Part shown: piece by piece, positions 9,432 through 18,916 of the stretch
Layout: every line of letters begins with the position of its first letter
Position numbering within the stretch: the first letter of the stretch is position 1
Assembly (NCBI GenBank): GCA_963832165.1
Contig: CAWHTE010000007.1
Span: 288,001-352,000 of the forward strand
Reading direction: 5' to 3'
DNA from: an uncultured delta proteobacterium
GTDB lineage: Bacteria; Myxococcota_A; UBA9160; SMWR01
Length of the DNA: 64,000 nt
Notes under the pieces: model-generated
The model's database searches: none
What the model was told of the DNA's origin: nothing
What the model saw: the letters and a program-made list of their open reading frames with translations, nothing else
Position numbers and translations under genes: made by a program

Positions 9432-11870
9432 ATGGACCCTGCGACGGCGAAGCGCCACGAGAAGCATCCGGCCGCACTCTCGGAGATCGAGCTCGACAAG
9501 ATCGATGCGCTCTGGCGCGCCTCCAACTACCTCTCGCTCGGGCAGATCTACCTGCTCGACAACCCACTGCTGCGCAAGCCGCTCGCGCGCGAGCACATCA
9601 AGCCGCGGTTGCTCGGCCACTGGGGCACGTCGCCCGGCCTGAACTTCCTCTACGCGCACCTGAACCGCGTGATCAACCAGTACGACCTCGACATGATCTA
9701 CGTGATCGGGCCCGGACACGGCGGGCCTTCGCTGGTCGCGCACGCCTATCTCGAGGGAACCTACAGCGAGGTCTACCCGAACATCGAGCAGGACGAAGAC
9801 GGGATGAAGAAGCTGTTCAAGCAGTTCAGCTTCCCGGGCGGCATCCCGAGCCACGTGGCGCCGGAAACTCCCGGCTCGATCCACGAGGGCGGAGAGCTCG
9901 GCTACGCGCTCTCGCATGCCTACGGTGCGGCGTTCGACAACCCGGACCTGATCGTCGCGTGCGTCGTCGGCGACGGCGAGGCCGAGACGGGACCGCTCGC
10001 GACGGGCTGGCACGGCAACAAGTTCCTGAACCCCGCGCGCGACGGCTGCGTGCTGCCGATCCTGCACCTGAACGGATACAAGATTGCCAACCCGTGCTTC
10101 CTCGCGCGCATTCCGAAAGACGAGCTCACGCGGTTCTTCGAGGGCCACGGCTACCGCCCCCATTTCGTGGAGGGCCACGAGCCCGAGCGGATGCACGAGG
10201 AGATGGCGGCGACACTCGACCGCGTCGTCGGCGAGATCCGCGAGATCCAGGCGGACGCGCGCAAGGGCGGCGACCTGAAGCGCCCGACGTGGCCGATGAT
10301 CGTGCTGCGCTCGCCGAAGGGTTGGACTTGTCCGCGCGAGATCGACGGCAAGCTCTGCGAGGGATACTGGCGCAGCCACCAGGTCCCGATGGGAGAGATG
10401 GATTCGCCCGAGCACGTCGGCGTGCTCGAGCAGTGGCTGCGGAGCTATCGGCCCGAAGAGCTGTTCGACGAAAAGGGCAGGCTCGTGCCCGACCTCGCCG
10501 CGCTGGCGCCGAAGGGCGAGCGCCGCATGAGTGCGAACCCGCACGCGAACGGCGGCCTGCTGCTCAAGGACCTGCGACTCCCGGACTTCCGCGACTACAA
10601 GGTGGACGTGAGCGAGCCCGGCTCGGCGACGGCCGAATCGACGCGCGTTCAGGGCAAGTTTCTGCGCGACGTGATGCGGCTGAACCTCGACCGCGAGAAC
10701 TTCCGTCTGTTCAGCCCCGACGAGAACAACTCCAACCGCTGGCAGGACGTGCTCGAGGTGACGAATCGCTGCTGGATGGCCGAGATCCTGCCCGAGGACG
10801 ATCACCTCTCGCCGGACGGCCGCGTGATGGAGGTGCTGTCCGAGCACCAGTGCCAGGGATGGCTCGAGGGCTACCTGCTCACGGGTCGGCACGGCTTCTT
10901 CAGCTGCTACGAGGCCTTCATCCACATCATCGACTCGATGTTCAATCAGCACGCGAAGTGGCTCAAGGTCTGCAACGAGATCCCGTGGCGGCGGCCGATC
11001 GCCTCGCTGAACTACCTCTTGTCCTCTCACGTCTGGCGTCAGGACCACAACGGATTCAGCCACCAGGACCCGGGCTTCCTCGATCATGTCGTGAACAAGA
11101 AGGCCGAGGTGATCCGGATCTACCTGCCCCCCGACGCCAACACGCTCCTGCACGTCACCGATCAGTGTCTGCGCAGCCGCAACTGCGTGAACGTCGTGGT
11201 GGCCGGGAAGCAGCCGGCGCCGCAGTGGCTCTCGATGGACCAGGCGGTCAAGCACTGCATCGCGGGGATCGGAATCTGGGACTGGGCCAGCAACGACCAG
11301 GGCAGCGAGCCCGACGTCGTGATGGCCTGCTGCGGCGACGTGCCCACGCTCGAGACGCTCGCGGCGGTGCAGCTGCTGCGCCGCCACCTGCCCGAGCTCA
11401 AGATCCGCGTGATCAACGTCGTGGACCTGATGCGGCTGCAGCCGCCCGAGGAGCACCCGCAGGGTCTTTCCGATCGGGAGTTCGACGTCCTGTTCACGAC
11501 GGACAAGCCAGTCATCTTCGCGTTCCACGGCTATCCGTGGCTGATCCACCGCCTCACCTACCGCCGCACGAACCACGCCAACCTGCACGTGCGCGGATTC
11601 AAGGAGGAGGGCACCACGACCACGCCGTTCGACATGGTGGTGCTGAACGACCTCGACCGGTTCCACCTCGTCGAGGACGTGATCGACCGCGTGCCGACGC
11701 TCGGCGCGCGCGCCGCCTACTTCAAGCAGGCGATCCGCGACAAGCTGATCGAGCACAAGCAGTACATCGAAGAATACGGCGAGGACATGCCCGAGATCAC
11801 CGAGTGGCGCTGGGGCGACACCTCGCAGGTCCAGGCTCGGGGCAGCTCGACCGAAGCCGACAACGTCTAG
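9432..11870 (+). CDS. xfp: Xylulose-5-P/fructose-6-P phosphoketolase
   Basis: [23 protein letters not shown] motif [44 protein letters not shown]. Confidence 0.97.
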   Translation: MDPATAKRHEKHPAALSEIELDKIDALWRASNYLSLGQIYLLDNPLLRKPLAREHIKPRLLGHWGTSPGLNFLYAHLNRVINQYDLDMIYVIGPGHGGPSLVAHAYLEGTYSEVYPNIEQDEDGMKKLFKQFSFPGGIPSHVAPETPGSIHEGGELGYALSHAYGAAFDNPDLIVACVVGDGEAETGPLATGWHGNKFLNPARDGCVLPILHLNGYKIANPCFLARIPKDELTRFFEGHGYRPHFVEGHEPERMHEEMAATLDRVVGEIREIQADARKGGDLKRPTWPMIVLRSPKGWTCPREIDGKLCEGYWRSHQVPMGEMDSPEHVGVLEQWLRSYRPEELFDEKGRLVPDLAALAPKGERRMSANPHANGGLLLKDLRLPDFRDYKVDVSEPGSATAESTRVQGKFLRDVMRLNLDRENFRLFSPDENNSNRWQDVLEVTNRCWMAEILPEDDHLSPDGRVMEVLSEHQCQGWLEGYLLTGRHGFFSCYEAFIHIIDSMFNQHAKWLKVCNEIPWRRPIASLNYLLSSHVWRQDHNGFSHQDPGFLDHVVNKKAEVIRIYLPPDANTLLHVTDQCLRSRNCVNVVVAGKQPAPQWLSMDQAVKHCIAGIGIWDWASNDQGSEPDVVMACCGDVPTLETLAAVQLLRRHLPELKIRVINVVDLMRLQPPEEHPQGLSDREFDVLFTTDKPVIFAFHGYPWLIHRLTYRRTNHANLHVRGFKEEGTTTTPFDMVVLNDLDRFHLVEDVIDRVPTLGARAAYFKQAIRDKLIEHKQYIEEYGEDMPEITEWRWGDTSQVQARGSSTEADNV

Positions 11871-11879
11871 GTCGAGGGG

Positions 11880-13526
11880 ATGGCGCTCTCACCGCTCGCG
11901 GGAAAGCCCGCCCCGAAGGACATGCTCGTCGACGTGTCCCGGCTCGAACGCGAATACTACTCGCGCGTTCCGGACCCCGAAGACTCCGCGCAGGCCGTCA
12001 GCTTCGGCACGAGCGGCCATCGCGGCTCGTCGCTGCGCGGATCGTTCACGGAAGCGCACATCCTCGCGATCACGCAGGCGATCTGCGACTACCGGCACAC
12101 GCAGGGCATCGATGGCCCGCTCTACCTGGGCAAGGACACGCACGCGCTGTCGGGTCCCGCCGAGCGCACCGCACTCGAAGTGCTCGCGGCGAATGGCGTG
12201 GAAACGGTCATCCAGCGCGATGATGGCTTCACGCCGACGCCGGTCATCTCGCGCGCGATCCTCGCCTACAACCGCGCGCGCGCGGATCACCTCGCGGACG
12301 GGATCGTCGTGACGCCGTCGCACAATCCTCCCGAGGACGGCGGCTTCAAGTACAACCCGCCGCACGGGGGGCCGGCCGACACCGACGCGACGCGCTGGGT
12401 GCAGGGGCGCGCGAATGATTTCCTGCGCGCCGCCAATGCCGGCGTGAAGCGCCTTCCGAGCGAAGACGCGCTGCGCGCGCCGACCACGCATCGCGAGGAC
12501 CTCGTTCTGCCGTACGTGAACGACCTGCGGAACGCGGTCGACATGGATGCGATCCGCTCGGCGGGGCTCGCGCTCGCGGTCGACCCGCTCGGCGGCGCGG
12601 CCGTCCACTACTGGGAGCCGATCAACACCGTGTACGGGCTCGACATCGAGGTCGTGAACGCGAAGGTCGACCCGACCTTCTCGTTCATGACGGTCGACCA
12701 CGACGGTGCGATCCGGATGGATTGTTCGAGTCCCTACGCGATGGCCCGGCTCGTCGGACTCAAGGATCGCTACCGCGTGGCCTTCGCGAACGATCCCGAT
12801 TCGGACCGGCACGGCATCGTCACGCCGTCCGCGGGGCTCCTGAACCCGAATCACTACCTCGCCGTCGCGATCCACTTCCTCGTGTCGCACCGCCCGCAGT
12901 GGCCGGCACAGGCGGTGATCGGCAAGACGCTCGTTTCGAGCAGCATGATCGATCGGGTCGCGAGCGACCTCGGGCGGCGCGTGCTCGAAGTCCCGGTGGG
13001 CTTCAAGTGGTTCGTGTCGGGCCTGTTCGACGGCTCGTGCTGCTTCGGCGGCGAGGAGAGCGCGGGCGCGAGCTTCCTGCGCCGCGACGGGACCGTCTGG
13101 ACCACCGACAAGGACGGTCTGATCCTGAACCTGCTCGCGGCGGAGATCACGGCGCGCACGGGCCGCGACCCGGGTGAGCACTACCAGGAGCTCGCGGCGA
13201 GATTCGGCGCGCCCCACTACACGCGCATCGACGCGCCCGCGACGCCCGACGAGAAGGCGAGGCTCGGGGCGCTGGCTCCCGACGACGTCGCAGCGTCCAC
13301 GCTCGCAGGCGAACCCATCACGGCCAAGCTCACGGCCGCGCCCGGCAATGGCGCGCCGATCGGCGGGCTCAAGGTGACGGCCCAGAACGGCTGGTTCGCA
13401 GCGCGCCCGTCCGGCACCGAGAACATCTACAAGATCTACGCCGAGAGCTTCCGCGACTCCGCCCACCTCGACGCGATCGTGAGCGAAGCGCGCGAGATCG
13501 TGAACGCGGCGCTCGCCCGGAAGTAG
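11880..13526 (+). CDS. pgm: Phosphoglucomutase (alpha-D-glucose-1,6-bisphosphate dependent)
   Basis: FGTSGHRG, phosphoserine motif TPSHNP, metal loop DPDSDR, GEESAG, RPSGTE. Confidence 0.97.
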   Translation: MALSPLAGKPAPKDMLVDVSRLEREYYSRVPDPEDSAQAVSFGTSGHRGSSLRGSFTEAHILAITQAICDYRHTQGIDGPLYLGKDTHALSGPAERTALEVLAANGVETVIQRDDGFTPTPVISRAILAYNRARADHLADGIVVTPSHNPPEDGGFKYNPPHGGPADTDATRWVQGRANDFLRAANAGVKRLPSEDALRAPTTHREDLVLPYVNDLRNAVDMDAIRSAGLALAVDPLGGAAVHYWEPINTVYGLDIEVVNAKVDPTFSFMTVDHDGAIRMDCSSPYAMARLVGLKDRYRVAFANDPDSDRHGIVTPSAGLLNPNHYLAVAIHFLVSHRPQWPAQAVIGKTLVSSSMIDRVASDLGRRVLEVPVGFKWFVSGLFDGSCCFGGEESAGASFLRRDGTVWTTDKDGLILNLLAAEITARTGRDPGEHYQELAARFGAPHYTRIDAPATPDEKARLGALAPDDVAASTLAGEPITAKLTAAPGNGAPIGGLKVTAQNGWFAARPSGTENIYKIYAESFRDSAHLDAIVSEAREIVNAALARK

Positions 13527-13539
13527 TATTCTGCCCGGC

Positions 13540-14388
13540 GTGTCGGAACCGGCTTTCGTCGAAACCGTCTTCCACCCGACGGATTTTTCCGAGGCGAGCC
13601 ACGTCGCGTTCGCCCACGCGCTCGCCGTGGCGCTGCTGCGCCAGACCCGGCTGACGATCCTCCACTCGGGCCGGGATTTCCTCGCCGAGGACGAGTGGTC
13701 GAAGTTCCCGGCCGTCCGGAAAACCCTCGAATCCTGGGGGTGCCTGGAGCCGGGAAGCCCGCGCTCGGCGATCCGCGATCAGCTCGACGTCACGGTCCGG
13801 AAGGTCAACCTGCGGAGCCGCAGCCCCGCGACCGCGATCATCGACTTCCTCACCGAGCACGACACCGACCTGATCGTGCTCGCCACGGAGGGCCGCGAGG
13901 GTGTTCCGGGGTGGCTGCGGTCTTCCGTCGCCGAACGAGTCGCGCGCGAGACGCGCACGATGACGCTGTTCGTGCCGGCGCAGGGACACGGCTTCGTAGA
14001 CCCGAAGACCGGAGCGATCCATCTGTCGCGGGTGCTGTTGCCGGTGACGGGCGCGCCGTCGGCTCAACCCGCGCTCGACTACGCCGCGCGCGCGGCCCGG
14101 ATCGCCGGCGAGCCGGTCGAGTTCGTGCTGCTGCACGTCGGCGACGGGCCGATGCCCGGGCTGGCCAGACCCGAGGATCCCGCGTTCCGGTTCCGCGAAG
14201 AGCGGCGCAGCGGCGACGTGAGTGACGAGATCGTGCGCGCCGCGCAGGAGCTGGGCGCCGATCTGATCGCGATGACCACCGACGGGCGCGACGGATTCCT
14301 GGGCGCGCTCGGCCGCGGCAGCCACACCGAGCGGGTCGTGCGCAGCGCACCGTGTCCCGTGCTCGCCGTGCCGGTCGGGAGGGCCTAG
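13540..14388 (+). CDS. Universal stress protein with tandem USP domains
   Basis: [25 protein letters not shown] and a second [28 protein letters not shown] start. Confidence 0.9.
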   Translation: MSEPAFVETVFHPTDFSEASHVAFAHALAVALLRQTRLTILHSGRDFLAEDEWSKFPAVRKTLESWGCLEPGSPRSAIRDQLDVTVRKVNLRSRSPATAIIDFLTEHDTDLIVLATEGREGVPGWLRSSVAERVARETRTMTLFVPAQGHGFVDPKTGAIHLSRVLLPVTGAPSAQPALDYAARAARIAGEPVEFVLLHVGDGPMPGLARPEDPAFRFREERRSGDVSDEIVRAAQELGADLIAMTTDGRDGFLGALGRGSHTERVVRSAPCPVLAVPVGRA

Positions 14389-14402
14389 CGCCCGCGCCTC
14401 GG

Positions 14403-15221
14403 ATGCAGACCTTCAACCGGATCGCGAACACCGTCTTCGACCCGCTGCTCGCACCGTTCGGGCACGAGCACGCGGCATTCGACCTGTTCGTGTGGCCGAC
14501 GCTCATGGGCGTGCTCGCGATCGCGGTCTACAAGGTCGTCTCGAACCAGAAGGCGCTCGCGCGCGTCAAGAGCCAGATCAGCATGCGGCTGCTCGAGATC
14601 CGGCTGTTCAGCCATGACATCCTGCAGGTGCTGCGGTCGACCGGGATGATCGTGCTCAAGAACTTCGTCTACCTCGGCAACCACATGCTGCCGATGGTGA
14701 TCATGCTCGGGCCGTTCGTGGTAATCCTCGCGCAACTGGTCGCGAACTACGCCTACGCGCCGTCTCCGCGCGGATCGGTGGAGCTCCTGCACGTGCAGCT
14801 CGATCCGGACGCCGGTGTATCGGCGCGCGACGCGACGCTCGCGTTGCCCGACGGCGTCGCGCTCGACGCGCCGCCCGTCGCCACGGCCGACTACCAGGTG
14901 TTCTGGCGGCTGCGCGCCGACGAGCCGGGCGACCACGTGCTGCGCGTCGCGATCGGCGGCACCGTGTACGAGAAGGGCTGGGCGGTTGGCGGTGATGCGC
15001 GCAAGGTGCCGCTGCGGCGGCTGCGCGGTCTCGAGGCGATCCTCTACCCCGGCGAGCCCGCGCTGCCCTCGGACGGCCCCGTGCTCGCGATCGAGCTCGG
15101 CATACATCCTCGCACGCTCGGTCCGCTTCCGGCCGGGGAGCTCGGCATCGTGCTCTGGACGCTCGTGCTCTCGCTCGCCGCCGGATTCGCCGTGAAGGGC
15201 GTGTTCGGCGTGACGCTCTAG
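14403..15221 (+). CDS. Membrane protein, DUF106/EMC3-TMCO1 (Oxa1 superfamily)-like
   Basis: Layout is TM1, cytoplasmic helical segment ([17 protein letters not shown]), TM2 ([18 protein letters not shown]), soluble beta-rich domain, then C-terminal TM ending [12 protein letters not shown]. Confidence 0.6.
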   Translation: MQTFNRIANTVFDPLLAPFGHEHAAFDLFVWPTLMGVLAIAVYKVVSNQKALARVKSQISMRLLEIRLFSHDILQVLRSTGMIVLKNFVYLGNHMLPMVIMLGPFVVILAQLVANYAYAPSPRGSVELLHVQLDPDAGVSARDATLALPDGVALDAPPVATADYQVFWRLRADEPGDHVLRVAIGGTVYEKGWAVGGDARKVPLRRLRGLEAILYPGEPALPSDGPVLAIELGIHPRTLGPLPAGELGIVLWTLVLSLAAGFAVKGVFGVTL

Positions 15222-15224
15222 ACC

Positions 15225-15860
15225 GTGCTCCACGCGCTGTGGCGCCGCCTCACGCGCAGATCGCGCGGCGAGCCGATCGTCGTGGTGAGCGGCCTGCCGC
15301 GCTCGGGCACCTCGATGATGATGCTCATGCTCGACGCGGGCGGCGTCGAGATTCTCGCCGACGAAGTGCGCGCAGCCGACGTCGACAACCCGAAGGGCTA
15401 TTTCGAGCTCGAGCGGATCAAGCACCTCGAGACGGAGACGGACAAGTCGTACCTGCGCGCGGCGCGCGGCAAGGCCGTGAAGGTGATCTCGTTCCTGATC
15501 AAGGACCTGCCGGACGAGAACGACTACCGCGTGCTGTTCATGCGCCGCGATCTCGACGAGGTGCTCACGAGCCAGCAGAAGATGCTCGACCGGCTCGCGA
15601 CCGCGAACCCGAACGCCGGCGATGCGCCCTCGGTCAAGGAGGCGTTCCGCAACGACATCGCGCGCGTGCGCGTGCTGGGCCGGACGCGTGCGAACTTCGC
15701 GCTCTGCGAGATCCACTACAAGGACGCGATCGCGGATCCGGCCGCCGTGTGCCGGACCGTGAATGCGTTCCTGGGCGGGCACCTCGACGAGGCCGCGATG
15801 CACGCCGCGATCGACGCATCGCTGTACCGGAACCGCGGTCGCAAGGAGGCCGACTCGTAG
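15225..15860 (+). CDS. Sulfotransferase family protein
   Basis: PAPS 5'-PSB loop [18 protein letters not shown] and 3'-PB-like [11 protein letters not shown]. Confidence 0.88.
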   Translation: MLHALWRRLTRRSRGEPIVVVSGLPRSGTSMMMLMLDAGGVEILADEVRAADVDNPKGYFELERIKHLETETDKSYLRAARGKAVKVISFLIKDLPDENDYRVLFMRRDLDEVLTSQQKMLDRLATANPNAGDAPSVKEAFRNDIARVRVLGRTRANFALCEIHYKDAIADPAAVCRTVNAFLGGHLDEAAMHAAIDASLYRNRGRKEADS

Positions 15861-15870
15861 AGTCGGCCGA

Positions 15871-15899
15871 CGCGCAGCGAGCCGTAGGCGAGCGAAGGC
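15871..15899 (+). repeat. Dispersed REP-like repeat, copy A (partial)
   Basis: CGCGCAGCGAGCCGTAGGCGAGCGAAGGC matches the copies at 23781, 44640, 45471 and 59721. Confidence 0.7.
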
Positions 15900-15926
15900 G
15901 GGCCCCTGCAAGGGTGGGACCCCAAG

Positions 15927-15955
15927 TTGACGCCCCGCAGGCGGCCCCGTACGCT
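15927..15955 (+). promoter_or_regulatory. Sigma70-type promoter of metB
   Basis: TTGACG(15927-32)-17 nt-TACGCT(15950-55). Confidence 0.75.
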
Positions 15956-15977
15956 GGTGAGGTCCGGCTCGAAAAAC

Positions 15978-16045
15978 CGGGTGATTTCCGGTGCTTGCAG
16001 ACCCGCGACCCGGCCCTGGGGCCCGCACCCGCGCTGCTAAGCACC
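15978..16045 (+). ncRNA. SAM-II-class riboswitch candidate (long L3 loop)
   Basis: P1 CGGGT/ACCCG; conserved (T)GATTT; TTGC pairs with GCTAA (bulged U); GGTGC pairs with GCACC. Lies in the 5' UTR of a methionine biosynthesis gene. Confidence 0.75.
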
Positions 16046-16064
16046 ATAAGAAAGCGGGAACAGC

Positions 16065-17252
16065 ATGAGCAAGCGCCCCGATCCTCCGGGCGACTCGACG
16101 CGCGCCGTGCACGGCGGCGAGCGGGCCCACCAGGCCACCGATGCGGTGACCACGCCCATCTATCAGACGTCCACGTTCTGGTTTCCCGACTCGAAGACGC
16201 TCGCGGCGTACCAAGAAGGACGCGCGGTGCGCGACGAGTATGGCCGCTACGGAAACCCGACCTGGCGCGCGGTCGAGCGCAAGCTCTGCGAGCTCGAGGG
16301 CGCCGAAGCCGCGGTGCTGTCCGCGTCCGGCATGTGCGCGGCCACCACGCTCTTCCTCGCGCTGCTGCCGCGCGGCGGCCACCTGATCGTGACGAGCGAC
16401 TGCTACCGGCGCACGCGCCAGTTCATCGAGCAGTACCTCACCAAGCTCGACGTCGAGACGACCGTGATCGAGCCCAGCGACACCAAGCAGCTCGCCGACG
16501 CGATCCGGCCTACGACGCGCCTGTTCTTCACCGAGTCGCCCACCAACCCGTACCTGCGCGTGATCGACGTGGCGGAGGCCGCGCGCATAGCGCACGCACG
16601 CGGCGTCGAGGTGGTGATCGATTCCACGTTCGCCACACCCGTGAACCACCGCGCGCTCGCCGACGGCGCCGACTACGTGATCCACAGCGCGACGAAGTAT
16701 CTCGGCGGCCACAACGACCTGCTCGGCGGCGTCGTGCTCGGCAGCGCGGCGCAGGTCGCGCCCGTGCGCGACGCGATCGGCGTGCTCGGCGGCGTGATCG
16801 ACGCCCATGCGGCCTACCTGCTCCTGCGCGGGATCAAGACGCTCGCGGTGCGCATGGAGCGGCACAACGCGAACGGCTTGCGCGTGGCGACCTGGCTCGA
16901 GGCGCACCCACGCGTGCGCCAGGTCTGGTATCCGGGGCTTCCGAGCCATCCCGATCACGGCATTGCCGCACGCACGATGCGCGGCTTCGGCGGCGTGGTC
17001 ACGTTCGAGCTCGACACCTCGATCGAGGGCGCGTTCCGCTTCACGGACGCGTGCAAGATCCCGTACATCGCGCCGAGCCTCGGCGGCGTCGAGAGCCTGA
17101 TCGAGGTGCCCGCGCTGATGTCGTTCTGGGACCGCACGCCCGAGGAGCGCGCGGCGCTCGGAATCCGCGATTCGCTCGTGCGGCTGTCGCTGGGCATCGA
17201 GGACGCGGACGACCTGATCGCCGACCTCACCCAGGCGCTCGAGCAGATCTGA
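16065..17252 (+). CDS. metB: Cystathionine gamma-synthase / trans-sulfuration PLP enzyme
   Basis: [38 protein letters not shown] lysine [18 protein letters not shown]. Confidence 0.88.
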   Translation: MSKRPDPPGDSTRAVHGGERAHQATDAVTTPIYQTSTFWFPDSKTLAAYQEGRAVRDEYGRYGNPTWRAVERKLCELEGAEAAVLSASGMCAATTLFLALLPRGGHLIVTSDCYRRTRQFIEQYLTKLDVETTVIEPSDTKQLADAIRPTTRLFFTESPTNPYLRVIDVAEAARIAHARGVEVVIDSTFATPVNHRALADGADYVIHSATKYLGGHNDLLGGVVLGSAAQVAPVRDAIGVLGGVIDAHAAYLLLRGIKTLAVRMERHNANGLRVATWLEAHPRVRQVWYPGLPSHPDHGIAARTMRGFGGVVTFELDTSIEGAFRFTDACKIPYIAPSLGGVESLIEVPALMSFWDRTPEERAALGIRDSLVRLSLGIEDADDLIADLTQALEQI

Positions 17253-17265
17253 GGAGCACGTCTCC

Positions 17266-18099
17266 ATGGCACTGCGCATCGCGCTGCTCGTGATCGCCGC
17301 CGCGCTCGCGCCGAGCTTCGCCCACGCGGAGACGAAGGCGCACGCCAAGTGGGCGAAGGCGATCTACCGCGCATCCGGGATCGATCCCGTCCTGCAGTCC
17401 GCGAGTGCCCAGGTCGTCCAGGGGATGGGGCCCCAGGTCACCCAGATGCCGCCCTTCGTGCGCAAGGCGATCGAGCGGGCCGCTCTGACCGAATACGACG
17501 GCAAGATCCTGAAGCGGGACGTGCTCGCGCGGATCGAGACGAAGATCGAGCCCGCGCGTGCCGAGCCGGTCATGGGCTGGCTCGAATCCAAGCGCGGCCG
17601 CGCCTTCACGAAGGCCGAGGAGGCGATGGCCGATCCCGAGCTGATGGCGCGCGTCCAGACCTGGTCCGAGTTGCCCGAGAACGCGAATCCCCCGGCCTCG
17701 CGGCTCGCGCTCGTGCGACGCATCGACACGGCGAGCGGCGCGACCGACTTCGCGGTGGATCTCTCGCTCGCGACCGCGCTGGCCGTGGCCGTCGCGGCCG
17801 ACGCGACGAGCGGCTCTCCGAAGCAGCTCGAGTCGCTGCGCCAGATGCTCGATGCAGAGCGCCCCCGCATGCGCTCGCAGATGCAGGGCATCACGCGCGT
17901 GACCTACCTCTATGTCTACCGCGGCTTCAGCGACGCGGAGCTCGAGCCCTACGTCGCGTTCCTCGAGTCGGAGAACGGGAAGTGGTACTCGCAGATCACC
18001 TCGCAGGCGGTGCTCGGCGCGTTCACGGCCTCGGCGTCGCGGATGGGTAGTGCGCTCAAGAAAGAGCTCGGCGCGCTGAGCACGTCCGAGGCGCTCTGA
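17266..18099 (+). CDS. Secreted helical protein (DUF2059-like)
   Basis: Signal peptide (AFA-like SFAHA); '[24 protein letters not shown]' motif; GAGGAG RBS. Confidence 0.6.
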   Translation: MALRIALLVIAAALAPSFAHAETKAHAKWAKAIYRASGIDPVLQSASAQVVQGMGPQVTQMPPFVRKAIERAALTEYDGKILKRDVLARIETKIEPARAEPVMGWLESKRGRAFTKAEEAMADPELMARVQTWSELPENANPPASRLALVRRIDTASGATDFAVDLSLATALAVAVAADATSGSPKQLESLRQMLDAERPRMRSQMQGITRVTYLYVYRGFSDAELEPYVAFLESENGKWYSQITSQAVLGAFTASASRMGSALKKELGALSTSEAL

Positions 18100-18100
18100 A

Positions 18101-18685
18101 CTAGCGCAGGAAGTAGTAGGCAGCCGCTGCGAGCACCGCGGCGAACGCGATCCAGTTCGCGCCGAACGGCAGCGGGCCCTGCGGCTCCTGGATGTCGGGC
18201 GGCTCGGACAGCCGGAACTGGTCACCCGCGTCGAGGCTGAGCGGCCGATTCGCCGAAGAGCTGGGGCGCATCCGCGGGGTGCGCCGCAGAGGCGTGACGG
18301 CGCGCAGCGACTCGATCGGCCGCGGCGCGGGCGGCACGACGACGCCGAATTCGGCGCGCTGCACGCGCTCCGGGAGCTCTGTCGGCGCCTCGAGCGACTG
18401 CGCACCCAGCGTCGCGCGCGCCTGTTGCAGCGCCACGCGCAGGTCCGCCGTCTTGGGCTGACCCGGCCGGCCCATCCCGAGCACCTCGAGCTTCGCGATC
18501 GCCTTGGGATCGGCGCCTGCGCGGCGCAGCGCCGCCGCGGCGGACTCTGCGAACACCTGCTGGAGCCGCGTCGGATCCCTGAGCCGCTGGGTCACCTGCC
18601 CGACGCGGCGCGCGATCTTCACCACGATCACGATCGGGATCGCGACGAACGCGAGCGTCATCAGCGTCACGATGATCTCGAGCAC
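18101..18685 (-). CDS. Hypothetical membrane protein
   Basis: N-terminal TM (LEIIVTLMTLAFVAIPIVIVV) and C-terminal TM. GTG start is inferred. Confidence 0.6.
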   Translation of the reverse strand: MLEIIVTLMTLAFVAIPIVIVVKIARRVGQVTQRLRDPTRLQQVFAESAAAALRRAGADPKAIAKLEVLGMGRPGQPKTADLRVALQQARATLGAQSLEAPTELPERVQRAEFGVVVPPAPRPIESLRAVTPLRRTPRMRPSSSANRPLSLDAGDQFRLSEPPDIQEPQGPLPFGANWIAFAAVLAAAAYYFLR

Positions 18686-18916
18686 GACCCCTGATCGGTA
18701 GCGCCGCCCCGCGGCTGGAGCCAGTCGACTGCGGCGGCGCGCGTACGGCGCGCGGGTCGATGGTGTGAAGTGCGTCATACGCGTTGTCGAGCGCAATCGG
18801 AAATCCTCGGAGCGCCTCGTCACAGGCGGTGATCGAAAGGCAAAGCCCTTCCGGTACTTCGAGTGACCAATGATTGCTTCCCCCCAGGCCAATCCTTCTG
18901 GAGGTACGATGCGGCG

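Noticed and set aside
3158..12223. Very long alternative-frame ORFs (3158-7000 -, 6261-9008 -, 7817-12223 +, 9405-11756 -) and similar ones across the window
   Set aside because: These are shadow ORFs expected from high GC and stop-codon scarcity. They are Arg/Ala/Pro-rich, have no motifs and overlap well-supported genes.
1044..14402. Mobile element or genomic island call for the carbohydrate block
   Set aside because: No integrase, transposase, tRNA, flanking direct repeat or visible compositional shift.
15848..15868. 9-bp hairpin GGCCGACTC-GTA-GAGTCGGCC over the sulfotransferase stop as an intrinsic terminator
   Set aside because: There is no U-tract and it overlaps the coding end, so a terminator call is not supported.
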